In this document: one piece after another, positions 28,096 through 37,878 of the stretch | Numbering within the stretch: position 1 is the stretch's first letter | How the letters are laid out: every line of letters starts with the position of its first letter | Notes under the pieces: model-generated | Database searches by the model: none | Seen by the model: only the letters and a program-made list of their open reading frames with translations | Told to the model about the DNA's origin: nothing | Assembly (NCBI GenBank): GCA_965208105.1 | Contig: OZ242318.1 | Coordinates: 1,600,001-1,664,000, forward strand | Direction: 5' to 3' | Origin: Candidatus Latescibacterota bacterium | GTDB lineage: Bacteria; Latescibacterota; UBA2968; UBA8231 | Length of the DNA: 64,000 nt | Program-made: the position numbers and the translations under genes

Positions 28096-30243
28096 TCACG
28101 GCGGCGCAGGAATCAGGTCCACCGCCTGCCCGCAGTCTATCAGGGAGGTATTGGTCATGTCGACGCTGCTGGTCTCGTGCATCTGCAGGCAGCTTTGCCC
28201 GCCCAGGATGGTGGCTCCGGACAAATCGGCCCTGCCGGCCCTACCCACCCGGATGCCGTACCAACCCCCGCCGGACGAAGCCCCGGCGGCGTCGGATGAA
28301 CGGAAGGTGACGCTCCCCGCCCCGGCGTCGAGGGCGCCCTCGACGATGAGCTCGGCACGGGCGCCGTCCACGCCGCCGCCGGTCTCGTCGCCGCCGGCGA
28401 AGGCCACCGTGGACCCAGGGGAGAGGGTCAGCTTCACCCCCGCGGGAACCGTCACGTCGCCTCTCAGGACCACGTGGTCGTCCCAGGGCTCGAGGCGGTA
28501 GAGCCTTCCCTCCCCCGGATCGAGGTAGGCGGAAAAGGAGGCGGAAAGGCCGTTGCTGGTGGCCACCATCTCACCGCTGCGGATGTCCTCGACCAAGTAG
28601 GAGTAGTCCGGACCGTTCAACTGCGACGGCTTCAGGGTGATGTCCACCCACCGGGGTGGGTCGGAAGGCCGGCAGCGGCGGTTGACCACCATCAGGTAGC
28701 GCGAGCTATCGTCATGGGTGAAGGCGCCCAGGTGGAAATCGGCCGGGTCGGAGAGGCCCTGCACGAAGGCTGAGGGGGCGTCGCCGGGAAAGACCGCGTC
28801 GGAGGTCAGGCGCAACAGGGTGTCGTCCAGTTCCTGCAGCATGGCGTTGAGGGACTGCACTTCGGTCCATTTGGGGGTGATCCCGTAGTTTTCGTCCACC
28901 AGGCCGTGAATATCGGCTGTCCTATCGTTATCTACAAAGCTGGAATACATGAAGTAGTAAATGCCGGTCACCCCGTGGGCCAGAGCCAGATAGACCTGCA
29001 CCCGGATCTCCTCGGGGGTCGGCTCGCGCAGGCCGAGGGGCCAGTCATGGGCCTGGACAACCGCCCACAGAGGTATGCCGGCCTCCTTGGCCACCTCGCG
29101 GGCGCGCCCATACCAGGTGACGTAACTGTCCAGGGCGCCCTGCAGGCGAGCCGCGTAGCCTGCCTGGCCGGGCTCGGGCACATACAGCCCGAAGGTGTAG
29201 AAATCAACCAGAAACTCCGAGGGAGCCACCGTGCCCACGAAGTGCTGCATGTAATCTTTGCGGGTCCGGTTGAAGGCCACCACGCCGGACTTGCCGGTGC
29301 GCGCCTTGATGATGTCGTTCACGTATGCCACGCTCTCGTCCTTTTCGGTCCACCGGGGCTCGTCGTCCAGGTAGAACCGCCAGGGGGGGTCCACCGGGTC
29401 GCCGTCGTAGGCGGCCAGGTCGTTCTCGATCCCGCGGTCGAAGTCACCGGCGAATAGCCTGTAGCCGTGAGTGTCGTGCGCCCTGATCTCGTCCACCCAT
29501 AAATTCCCCTCCCCGCTCCATTCGATCTGGTAGCGCACCCGGTCGCCGCCGGGGGGCACGAAATAGCGCAGGAGAAAGTCCTGGTAGGTATCGGGGGAGT
29601 GAAACTCCAGCTTGCGCACGTCGCGCGAGCGCAGCAAGGTTCCGTCGGAATGCCTGAGGATTCTCAGGGTGGCGATCCGGTCGAAGCCGCGATTGTCGTC
29701 CGTCTTCAGGCGGAAGACGTGAAGGCCGTATCGACCCCGGGTGGCGATTACCCGCCCCCGGCTGTTCACCTCCTGCTCCACGTAACGCAGGAAAATGGCC
29801 GCGCTCCACCTGGTGGAAGTGTCCAGCATGAGCCCCGGGGCGTGATCGGCCGTATTCACGTGCCAGGCGTCACCGTCCCGCACCCCGACAGGATGGATAA
29901 AGATATTCTCGTTCTCGGCTTCCAGGGTCTTGGTCCAATATCTCCGGCTCTCCGCCCGCCATCCAGGAGGGACATTCCAGCTGTACAATTGAACCTTGAG
30001 TCCCCGCTGGCGAGCCAGGTCCATGAAAACGCCATTGACGGAGGCATTGTTCCTGGTTTCAAGAGCGGCGTGAATGGTGTTGAAGTTGGCGGCGGCCACC
30101 TGGTCGAGCCGGGCGGCAAACTGCCCCGACTGGTTGTTGAACAGGCCAGGGAACCAGGCCCCGATGGGGAACTCCCCGGCGGGACTCGCACTGTGACCAA
30201 GAAGAAGGAAAGCCGAAGCCAGGAGGATACCGGCGGCGCCCAC
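28096..30243 (-). CDS. Secreted glycoside-hydrolase-like TIM-barrel protein with C-terminal beta-helix segment
   Basis: GGAGG RBS plus GTG start, signal peptide; FYLDDEP, VDFY, WAVVQA, PTPEEIRVQVYLALAHGVTGIYYF; C-terminal GDVTVPAGVKLTLSPG..LIVEGAL..WYGI. Confidence 0.55.
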   Translation of the reverse strand: MGAAGILLASAFLLLGHSASPAGEFPIGAWFPGLFNNQSGQFAARLDQVAAANFNTIHAALETRNNASVNGVFMDLARQRGLKVQLYSWNVPPGWRAESRRYWTKTLEAENENIFIHPVGVRDGDAWHVNTADHAPGLMLDTSTRWSAAIFLRYVEQEVNSRGRVIATRGRYGLHVFRLKTDDNRGFDRIATLRILRHSDGTLLRSRDVRKLEFHSPDTYQDFLLRYFVPPGGDRVRYQIEWSGEGNLWVDEIRAHDTHGYRLFAGDFDRGIENDLAAYDGDPVDPPWRFYLDDEPRWTEKDESVAYVNDIIKARTGKSGVVAFNRTRKDYMQHFVGTVAPSEFLVDFYTFGLYVPEPGQAGYAARLQGALDSYVTWYGRAREVAKEAGIPLWAVVQAHDWPLGLREPTPEEIRVQVYLALAHGVTGIYYFMYSSFVDNDRTADIHGLVDENYGITPKWTEVQSLNAMLQELDDTLLRLTSDAVFPGDAPSAFVQGLSDPADFHLGAFTHDDSSRYLMVVNRRCRPSDPPRWVDITLKPSQLNGPDYSYLVEDIRSGEMVATSNGLSASFSAYLDPGEGRLYRLEPWDDHVVLRGDVTVPAGVKLTLSPGSTVAFAGGDETGGGVDGARAELIVEGALDAGAGSVTFRSSDAAGASSGGGWYGIRVGRAGRADLSGATILGGQSCLQMHETSSVDMTNTSLIDCGQAVDLIPAPP

Positions 30244-30244
30244 C

Positions 30245-30661
30245 CTATTCCTCCATGTTGTCGAGGCCACCGCCGAACCGGGGCTCGGCAACGGTCGAGA
30301 TGCGCTCCTGCAGCGGAGTCCAGGGGACATCGCAGCAGGGGTCTCCTCCGGGGAGGTAGTCATGTGAACCGCCTCGAGTGGTTCTGGCGCTCCACCTGAA
30401 GAGGTAATACCCTCTTTCCTCGTCTTTCGGGGTGTCCCCGGGATTGCCCAGGGCGTCCCAGGGGACAGCCCCCTCCAGCCACTGGCCCGCAAGGGCGGCC
30501 TCCACCTCGTCCAGGTCTTCTCCCTCGCCTGGGCCGCTGCGGCCCCAGTCCCGCCAGTCGCCATCGACGGCGAAGCTCGAGGCATCCTGACCATGGGCAA
30601 CCCCGGTCCCACATCCCAACGCCAGGGCGCAATGCAAACCGATGCAGACCTTTCTCGCCAT
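30245..30661 (-). CDS. Small secreted hypothetical protein (VDGDxxDW motif, DOMON/CBM9-like start)
   Basis: 3' part of track ORF 30245..31600; AGGAG RBS; signal peptide MARKVCIGLHCALALGCGTGVAHG; FAVDGDWRDW, LEGAVPWDALG. Confidence 0.5.
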   Translation of the reverse strand: MARKVCIGLHCALALGCGTGVAHGQDASSFAVDGDWRDWGRSGPGEGEDLDEVEAALAGQWLEGAVPWDALGNPGDTPKDEERGYYLFRWSARTTRGGSHDYLPGGDPCCDVPWTPLQERISTVAEPRFGGGLDNMEE

Positions 30662-30753
30662 CCGCACTACAGGACTCCTTGCCGAAAAATTTCGCTGCGC
30701 CGGCTCCGCCCCGATCATCTCCCGTTCAGGGAGCCGGCGAGCAGCCACCCGGT

Positions 30754-32367
30754 CTACTTGAGGTAGACCAGCCTCCGGGTCTGCACCCCGTCCGGGTAGC
30801 TCAGGCGGACGAGATAGATCCCCGCCGCCACCTCGGCGCCGCGGCGGTCGCGGCCGTTCCAGGATGCCTGGTAGGCGCCGGCGTCCTGGACCTGGTCCAC
30901 GAGCGTATCTACCGGCTGGCCGAGGACATTGTAGACCTCCAGCCGCACACGACCCGGGGAAGCCAGATCGTAGGCGATCAGGGTGCCGGAGTTGAACGGG
31001 TTGGGGGCGTTGGGATACAGCTCGCTGGCAGCCGGTCCCCGCCCCGCGGCCGCCTTGGCCGCCGCAAGCTGTTCCACCGCCACCACGCGCATGCCCCCAC
31101 CCAGGGTCAGCTCCAGGAACTGGCGCCGGCCGCTGTTGAGAGGGATGCTGTTCCACTCGCCCAGCACCAGGCCGTCGGCGCTGCGGGCGCGGGCGCGGTA
31201 ATAGCCGTTGACACCAGGAAAGAGGGTCAGGTCCAGGCGACCGGCCTCGCCGGTTGTGGCGCGCCAGGCGTAGTGGGGCCGGCGTCCGGAGATGGCGCGG
31301 GAAAATTCCACCGTCACACTTTCTCCCGCGGCGCCCGGGACCGCAGCCTCCACCTCCGTCCGCGGCGCAATGTCCCACAGCAGAGCGGTAAAGTACCTGC
31401 TCTCTCTCCCGCTCCTGCTGCTGCTGCCGCTGGCCAGGGTGCGGCCGTCCGGTGAAAAGGCCACCGAGGAGACCCAGCCCGTATGCCTGTTCAGGGTGAG
31501 AGCGGCCTCTAGCCGGCCGCTGTCCACATCCCACAGCCGGATGGCGTCCAGGTGAGCGCTGGCCAGGACCTTTCCGTCCGGGGAGAAGGTCACGGACCAT
31601 ACCCAGTCCCCGGCACCATATTCAGGGGGCCTCTCCAGGACCATTCCGGGTTTGCCCGTCTGCGCATCCCACAACCGCACCGCTCCGTCCCAGCCGGCGC
31701 TGGCCAGGGTGCGGCCGTCCGGGGAGAACGCCACCGACTCCACCCTGCCGTCATGCCCGTCCAGGATGATCCCGGGTTGGCCGCTGTCCACGTCCCACAA
31801 GTGGATGCGGTAGTCGCCTCCGCCTGAGGCCAGGGTGCGTCCGTCGGCGGAGAACGCCAGGGACTCGACCTCGCCCTCATGTCCCTCCAGAGCTGCCCTG
31901 AGCTGGCCGCCGGCCGCATCCCATATGCGGATCTCTCCTCCGCCGGCTCCGGCGAGGGTGCGCCCGTCCGGAGAGAACGCCACCGAGCGCACGAACCCCG
32001 GATACCCGCCCAGGGTGCCCATGAGCCGGCCGCTGCCGACCTGCCACAGGCGGATTTCTCCGCGGCCGCCCGAGGCCAGGGTCCTGCTGTCGGGAGCGAA
32101 GGCCACCGAGCGCACGAATCCGCTGTCGAGGTGGTCTCCGAGCAGGCCGGTGCGGAGATTGTAGAGCCAGATGCCGATGCTGCTCGGCACCGCCAACCAT
32201 GCGCCGTTGGGTGCGTATTCGATGTCACCGGAGAGCAGGCCCTCGCCGAAGCGGTCGCGGACCCCTTCAGGCAGCAGCAGGCGGGTATATCCCTTGGCAA
32301 GGACATCCTGCACTGGAACCGCCAGGAGCAACGGGGTGATGAGGTTGAGCAACCGGAAACTTTTCAT
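30754..32367 (-). CDS. Secreted WD40-repeat protein with C-terminal FlgD-Ig/T9SS-type-A-like domain
   Basis: Six or seven repeats VxSVAFSPDGRTLAS..D..IRLWD; C-terminal LYPNAPNPFN...YNVLGQ.V.TLV...WNGRD..G..VAAGIYLVRL. Confidence 0.9.
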   Translation of the reverse strand: MKSFRLLNLITPLLLAVPVQDVLAKGYTRLLLPEGVRDRFGEGLLSGDIEYAPNGAWLAVPSSIGIWLYNLRTGLLGDHLDSGFVRSVAFAPDSRTLASGGRGEIRLWQVGSGRLMGTLGGYPGFVRSVAFSPDGRTLAGAGGGEIRIWDAAGGQLRAALEGHEGEVESLAFSADGRTLASGGGDYRIHLWDVDSGQPGIILDGHDGRVESVAFSPDGRTLASAGWDGAVRLWDAQTGKPGMVLERPPEYGAGDWVWSVTFSPDGKVLASAHLDAIRLWDVDSGRLEAALTLNRHTGWVSSVAFSPDGRTLASGSSSRSGRESRYFTALLWDIAPRTEVEAAVPGAAGESVTVEFSRAISGRRPHYAWRATTGEAGRLDLTLFPGVNGYYRARARSADGLVLGEWNSIPLNSGRRQFLELTLGGGMRVVAVEQLAAAKAAAGRGPAASELYPNAPNPFNSGTLIAYDLASPGRVRLEVYNVLGQPVDTLVDQVQDAGAYQASWNGRDRRGAEVAAGIYLVRLSYPDGVQTRRLVYLK

Positions 32368-32447
32368 CCGGGGACTTTCACCAGGCCTGACAGGAACCAC
32401 GGGTCAACGAAGACATGGAGTATTAAAATAACGGAAAAATACATGAT

Positions 32448-35400
32448 TCAGTATACATAGCGCATGCCAACCTGTAGCTGGCGTGGATTGCCCAGGCCGG
32501 ACTGCACGGTTCCGTCGAAATTGAACAGCAGGCCCGAGGTGGAGGGGTCGCGGAAGTTGTCGGCGTCGAGCAGGTTGAAGACCTCGACGATGGCCTCCAG
32601 GCGGCCGCCGCCAACGGGGATGGGTCGGGACAGGCGAATGTCCCAGGAGAAGAACCCCTTCTCCTTCCGCAGGGTGTTGCGCGCGAGGATGCTGCCGTCG
32701 CCGCATATGCGATCGGACGCGGCGCCCCAAGGGACTACCGCGGGCTGCCCCGAGCCCCGGTTGCCCTCGCCGCATGATTCGGAGACCGGCTGCGCCGAGT
32801 AGTAGCTCATGCGCTGGTTGAGGAAGAGCCCGGAGGGCAGCGCCGTCAGTGCCCAGGCGTTGAGACGGTGGCGCTGGTCGCGGTCCGAGTAACCCCACTC
32901 GCGCTCCAGGCGGGCGGCATCGACGTAGCGGTAGGTGAAGGGGTCGCGCTCGTTGTCGTCGTCGGATTTGTCCCACGACAGGGTATAGTTGACCTGGAAC
33001 TGCAGCTCCTCTCCCATCATCTGCCGCAAGCCGAAGCCGAGGCCGTGGTAACGCGACTCTGCCGTGCTTTCGACCACGGTCAGGTCGCCGATGCCGTTGC
33101 CGCCGTCGGCTCCCAGGCCGGTCGCCCATGGAGAGCCGAAGACGGGATCGTTGCGGTTGACGAAGCGCGTCAGCTCATCGGTGCGGGAGTAGGTGTAGCC
33201 CAGGGAGCCGACCAACCCCGATGGATGCAGCTCCCGCTCGATGCCCGCATTCAGACTGAAAGTCCGCGGGTTCCGGAAATCCCGATCGAAGACGAAGACG
33301 TTGGGACGGAAGGGATCCCCTTCGGGAGAGGGCAGCAGTTCACCGTAGGTCGGCGGCGGCCCGAGAACGGGGGTCAGGGCGCTGGAGCGGAACATCGATT
33401 GGCCGCGAGAGCCGTTGGTCGAACGCGTGCTTGCCAGGTTGAGTCCGGGAACGCGGGCGTAGTACAAACCGGCGCTGACGCGCAACAAGGTCGTTTTGTC
33501 GCCGCGCAGATCGTAGGCAACCCCCAGACGCGGCTGGAACATGGTCCAGTCCGAGGGGATCCTGCCGTTGGAGGGGAACCGGTAGGTCCCGCTCTCGTTG
33601 GTCACTTCCCTGCCGATGAAACCGGCGAAGAACACCTGGCCGGGAGGAGTGATCGGATCGGGCTGAATCTGCGCTTCCCATCGCAGGCCGTAGTTGAGGG
33701 TGAGCCTGGGCGAGAGCTTCCAGCTGTCCTGTACGAAAAGGGCCAGCTCGTGCTGCCGGATCTTCTGGGTGCCGGCCTCCTCCACGGTCAGGCCGCCGGC
33801 CCCGGACTGCTGCAAATAGATCAGCACCGGCCCGGTGATTCCGGTTCCCTCGGGGCAGGCCCCGGTGGTGCTGGCGCCGCCGCCGGAGCACTCGACGTAG
33901 CCGTTGCCCTGCTCGACGAAGTTGAGAAAGCCGTCCACCGAGCTGAAGATGTAGCGGCCGTTGGCGAAACCGATGAAGGTCTGCACCGATTCGACCCGGT
34001 TCCATTCGACGCCGGCCTTGATCAGGTGGTCCCCCCTGGCGAGGGAGATGTTGTCGAGCACCTGGATGCGGGTGTCGTAGTAATCGACCGGAATGAAGAA
34101 GGGCATCCCGAAGCGATAGCCATGGAGGAAATCCATGGCGGTGTCGGGGAAGGGCCGGCCGCTGGCGGGGTTGAGAGGCCCCCGGTAGTGCCGGGGGCGT
34201 TCCTCGCGGGAAACCTGGAAGCGCAGCTCGTTGGCCGCCGTGGAAGAGAGCTCCGACAGCACACTGCCGTTGAAGGCGTGGGACCAGTCCCACTCCACGG
34301 CGTTGGCGCTGCGGGCCCAGGAATCCACGTCGAAAGTCCCGTTTTCCTGCTCCGACCAGGTGTAGTTGTACTTCAAGGTGAGGTAGTGCTCCCCGGCGAG
34401 GCGGGTATCGATCCTGGCCAGGAAGGCGCGGGCGTCGTCGCTGCGCTCGATGGGTCCGTAGTCGCCGGCCAGGGCTCCTTCGAACTGCCCGTCCATGAAG
34501 GCGCGCAGGCGGGCGTCGATGCGTTCTTTGTCCTCCTGCCTGGTATCTCTCAGAACCTGCTGATCATAGGCGGTGAAGAAAAAGGCCCTGTCCTTCACCA
34601 GGGGGCCGCCCAGGGTGAAGCCGAACTGTCCCTGGCTGAAATCCGCATTGCGCTTCAGCTCATCGTGCCGGGCTTGGGCGGAAAAGGCGTCGTTCTTGGC
34701 GAAAAAATGCAGCGAGCCGGCTACTCGATTGGTGCCCGACTTGGTGATGACGTTGACGAAGCCGCCGCCGGAGCGTCCGAACTCGGCGTTGGCCCCCTGG
34801 GGCACCACCACCATCTCCTCGACCGCGTCGAGATTGAAGGTGAAGGCCGGCCGCTGGCCACCGCGCTGCTCTCCGAAGAAGGGATTGTTGAAATCGGCGC
34901 CGTCCACCGAGATGTTGTTGTGAATGCCGCGCTGACCGGCGATGCTCAACTCGTCCCCGTCGGGGCCCTGGACGATGGCCACTCCGGGGGTCAGCAGGGC
35001 CAGGTTGAGGAAGTTGCGCCCATTGTTGGGGAGATCGCGCACCGCCTCTTCCGGCAGGCGGGTGGCCGCCTCGCTCTGGGTTACATCCACCGCAGGCATG
35101 GCTGCAGCCACCACCATCTCCTCCATCTGGGGCACCATTTCAACCACCAGCTCCACCGTCTCGCCGACCCGCACCTGGATCCCGGTTTTCCGCACCTCTG
35201 CCCGTCCTCCGGCCTGGACCGCCACCTCGTAGAATCCGAGGGGCAGCAGGGTCGCGGTGAACCGTCCGGAAGAGGACGCGCTCAGGGTGCGCCGGTAGTT
35301 GGTCCGGGTCTCCCTGAGCTCGACGGAGGCGTTGGCGACAGGATTGCCGAACTGGTCGCGGACAAGTCCGCGGACGACCCCGGTGGTGGCCTGTGACTGG

Positions 35401-35477
35401 GCCCAAGACATGTCGACCGGGAAGGCCCAGAGGAGAAGGTAAAGGATATAGACCAGGCCAATTCGGTGGGTGGGCAT
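32448..35477 (-). CDS. TonB-dependent receptor (Oar-like, N-terminal carboxypeptidase-regulatory-like domain)
   Basis: Signal peptide, LPNNGRNFLNLALLTPGV, AEFGRSGGG.VNVITKSGTN, FQPRLGVAYD, C-terminal PRQLQVGMRYVY. Confidence 0.92.
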   Translation of the reverse strand: MPTHRIGLVYILYLLLWAFPVDMSWAQSQATTGVVRGLVRDQFGNPVANASVELRETRTNYRRTLSASSSGRFTATLLPLGFYEVAVQAGGRAEVRKTGIQVRVGETVELVVEMVPQMEEMVVAAAMPAVDVTQSEAATRLPEEAVRDLPNNGRNFLNLALLTPGVAIVQGPDGDELSIAGQRGIHNNISVDGADFNNPFFGEQRGGQRPAFTFNLDAVEEMVVVPQGANAEFGRSGGGFVNVITKSGTNRVAGSLHFFAKNDAFSAQARHDELKRNADFSQGQFGFTLGGPLVKDRAFFFTAYDQQVLRDTRQEDKERIDARLRAFMDGQFEGALAGDYGPIERSDDARAFLARIDTRLAGEHYLTLKYNYTWSEQENGTFDVDSWARSANAVEWDWSHAFNGSVLSELSSTAANELRFQVSREERPRHYRGPLNPASGRPFPDTAMDFLHGYRFGMPFFIPVDYYDTRIQVLDNISLARGDHLIKAGVEWNRVESVQTFIGFANGRYIFSSVDGFLNFVEQGNGYVECSGGGASTTGACPEGTGITGPVLIYLQQSGAGGLTVEEAGTQKIRQHELALFVQDSWKLSPRLTLNYGLRWEAQIQPDPITPPGQVFFAGFIGREVTNESGTYRFPSNGRIPSDWTMFQPRLGVAYDLRGDKTTLLRVSAGLYYARVPGLNLASTRSTNGSRGQSMFRSSALTPVLGPPPTYGELLPSPEGDPFRPNVFVFDRDFRNPRTFSLNAGIERELHPSGLVGSLGYTYSRTDELTRFVNRNDPVFGSPWATGLGADGGNGIGDLTVVESTAESRYHGLGFGLRQMMGEELQFQVNYTLSWDKSDDDNERDPFTYRYVDAARLEREWGYSDRDQRHRLNAWALTALPSGLFLNQRMSYYSAQPVSESCGEGNRGSGQPAVVPWGAASDRICGDGSILARNTLRKEKGFFSWDIRLSRPIPVGGGRLEAIVEVFNLLDADNFRDPSTSGLLFNFDGTVQSGLGNPRQLQVGMRYVY

Positions 35478-35548
35478 AAGCTATCTCATCCGGCAGGGTG
35501 ATGGGAGAAAGAAGCTGAGAGGCCAGGCACCGGCTTCCCAGGATGGCT

Positions 35549-35920
35549 TCATCGATGCGGAACAGGCGTTCCCTGGTGGAACCTGAGCTGCCAGCCGTGT
35601 TCCGCTCGAGACCAGATCGAGCTGCGGTTCCCCAGCTCTTCGACTCCGTCGCAAGTCAGGCAACTTATGTAGGTCACCAAGGCTACATCGGGGCTGAGCA
35701 GGCGCGCCCGGAAGTTCGTCAGTGGCAGTCTTGCGGCAATGGTCTGGCTTTCGATCCCCAGGGTGTCTTCCCGGCTGTAGACGCGTCCCGACCTGCCGAA
35801 CTCGAGGAAGTCGGGTGCCAGCGTCCGCTCCATCCAGTCCATGTCGAAGCGGGTTTCTGATTTCCACAGCCCTTCTTCCAGTCGCTCCAGTTGCTTCTGA
35901 TCCGCGCTGCCGAGTTCCAT
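35549..35920 (-). CDS. DUF4440 / NTF2-like protein
   Basis: LAPDFLEFGRSGRVYSR, RSSIW, WQLRFHQGT. Confidence 0.85.
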   Translation of the reverse strand: MELGSADQKQLERLEEGLWKSETRFDMDWMERTLAPDFLEFGRSGRVYSREDTLGIESQTIAARLPLTNFRARLLSPDVALVTYISCLTCDGVEELGNRSSIWSRAEHGWQLRFHQGTPVPHR

Positions 35921-36032
35921 GGGTTTTAGCGTTCCTCCAGCCAAATGCCGCTGCTGAGCCTGAACGCCGGCTGGTATCGAGGCGGCTGATTGGAAATTCA
36001 GGATGCAGATTGTTGCAGATCAGGAGGAGGGG

Positions 36033-36881
36033 TCACTGCACCACCGCATCTTCACCCAGGTGCTCTCGAATCCACTCTCTCAGCGGCACGTCTTCTTCCC
36101 TGGGAGAGGTGTAGCCATGCCAGCCGCTGGGGCTCGCTCCAAGCAGCTGCTGTCGGATCGGGTCGCAACGGTCCATAAGGTGCTCCACCGTCATGTCGTC
36201 CCGCGGCCGCAGCCAGCGGTAGCTGTAGCCGTAGAACAGCACCTTGCGCGCGTCCGGCGAAAAGTTGTGGCCGGCCGCGTGCCAGATCCGCCGGTCGAAG
36301 AATACCGCGTCTCCCGGCACCACCTGGACCGGCACGGCGCCCGCCGGGTCCTGGTCCTCGTCCACCGGCATCTCAATCTCGTTCTTCAGGTGCGAGCCTG
36401 GTAGGACATGGAAGTTGCCGCGGTGGGTCTCGGAGCAGTCGGTAAGAAAGTATGCCACCTTGAGCGAGACCCTCGGCCTGGGGAGGGTCTCAAGGTCGAG
36501 GTTGAGCCGGCCGCTGTCCTGGTGCCATCCCAATCGTTTGCGTTCGGGCACGGCCCCGTCCAGGGGCGGAGTGACCATCATGTGCGAGTGATAAAGCTGG
36601 ATGTGCCAGCCCAGAATCCCGAAGACCTTGGCGAAGGTCTTGGGCCAGTCGAGCAACTCCAGGAACAGTTCGTCCTTGCCGACGAAGTCGAACAGATTGT
36701 GCTTCTGGTGCTTTTCCAGGCCCAGTTGCGACCGGCTCTCGGCGTCGAGGCGATCGACCACGGGGATGAGCTCGTTTACCAGGTCAAGGGGCAGCACATC
36801 GCGGACGATGAAGAAACCGTCCTCGGCAAACTGGCGGCTCTCCTCCTCGGTCAAGGCGTACTGCAGGCAGGTGGAATCCAT
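36033..36881 (-). CDS. PhyH family Fe(II)/2OG dioxygenase (ectoine hydroxylase-like)
   Basis: GWHQDS, LKVAYFLTD, GNFHVLPGSH, RIWHAA, RKVLFYGY. Confidence 0.85.
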   Translation of the reverse strand: MDSTCLQYALTEEESRQFAEDGFFIVRDVLPLDLVNELIPVVDRLDAESRSQLGLEKHQKHNLFDFVGKDELFLELLDWPKTFAKVFGILGWHIQLYHSHMMVTPPLDGAVPERKRLGWHQDSGRLNLDLETLPRPRVSLKVAYFLTDCSETHRGNFHVLPGSHLKNEIEMPVDEDQDPAGAVPVQVVPGDAVFFDRRIWHAAGHNFSPDARKVLFYGYSYRWLRPRDDMTVEHLMDRCDPIRQQLLGASPSGWHGYTSPREEDVPLREWIREHLGEDAVVQ

Positions 36882-37053
36882 GCAAAACCTCCAACAAGGT
36901 CAGGTAGAACAAGGAACCTTATCGAGCATTCTGTCAAGGCGGTGGCCGCTCTCCGATGGCGCAGCCGTAAGCAATTCACCTGCTGATAGCTCCAATCTAC
37001 CTGGAGTTGTTGTAGAGCAAGTCCGGCAGTAGTTGCCAATTCAGTCTAGGCCA

Positions 37054-37851
37054 TTAGAAAAAGGTCTCGGAGTTGTGGACGGGGTCATAGCCGACCTCCC
37101 GCCGCGGTGTTTCGATGTCGAAGATGTTATAGGTGTTGTCCGAGATCACAAAGTAATGGGCGCCGCTGGGCAGGTTGCCGGCGCAATGGCTCTGGAAGCA
37201 GGCATGGACCATGCGGGCAGCGTCCTCCTGGTGGCACCACACCGCGAAGTAGCCAGGCTCCGGCAAATGGAGGTCGTTGCGTGGGTTGACCCCGCCCCAG
37301 CGCATGGCGATCGCACTGTGGCCTCGGGCGGCCGCCTTTTTCACCCACTCCTCCACGTAGGCCTTTTCGCGCCCATAGTCGTTGACCGGGTGCGCCGGCT
37401 CCCTTGCGGAAATCCGGGGCGGCCAATGAACTATCTGGTCGAATCTGCGCTCGGCCAGGGTCCGGTAGAAGCCCTCCTGGTTAAAGTCGTACAGGCCGTC
37501 CATGGCGTGGACCGAGCTGGAGCCAATGATCATCGGCGGAATCTTCTGGGCGAGGACCGCTTCGAATACGAGGTCGGCCATCCGGTTCATCTCCGCCAGG
37601 CCGCCGGCGCGGGCAAGGTAAACGACCAGGTCGCGGCCGGGAAGCAGGGCGCGGAACTCCTCCGGGGATGCCGTGATGTCGAGGTCGATGAAATCCTTTT
37701 GGGCGTCCGGCTCCGTCGCCTTGTCAGGGGCGCCGGGCAAATCAACCGAAACGATGCGGTAGCGTCTGTCCAGCCGCGGCAGATAGGTCCGCAGCCCCGA
37801 TCCGATTATGCCGCGGCCGCCGATGAGCAAAACGTTGAATTGGGATGGCAT
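37054..37851 (-). CDS. NAD-dependent epimerase/dehydrogenase (extended SDR, uronate dehydrogenase-like)
   Basis: GGRGIIG, SSSVHA, YGREK, VISDN...FDIE..RREVGYDP. Confidence 0.75.
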   Translation of the reverse strand: MPSQFNVLLIGGRGIIGSGLRTYLPRLDRRYRIVSVDLPGAPDKATEPDAQKDFIDLDITASPEEFRALLPGRDLVVYLARAGGLAEMNRMADLVFEAVLAQKIPPMIIGSSSVHAMDGLYDFNQEGFYRTLAERRFDQIVHWPPRISAREPAHPVNDYGREKAYVEEWVKKAAARGHSAIAMRWGGVNPRNDLHLPEPGYFAVWCHQEDAARMVHACFQSHCAGNLPSGAHYFVISDNTYNIFDIETPRREVGYDPVHNSETFF

Positions 37852-37878
37852 AAGCTCTCTCCTGCTAGCTTCTTCTTC

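Noticed and set aside
31380-32130. ~125-bp periodic DNA repeats
   Set aside because: Explained by WD40 coding repeats.
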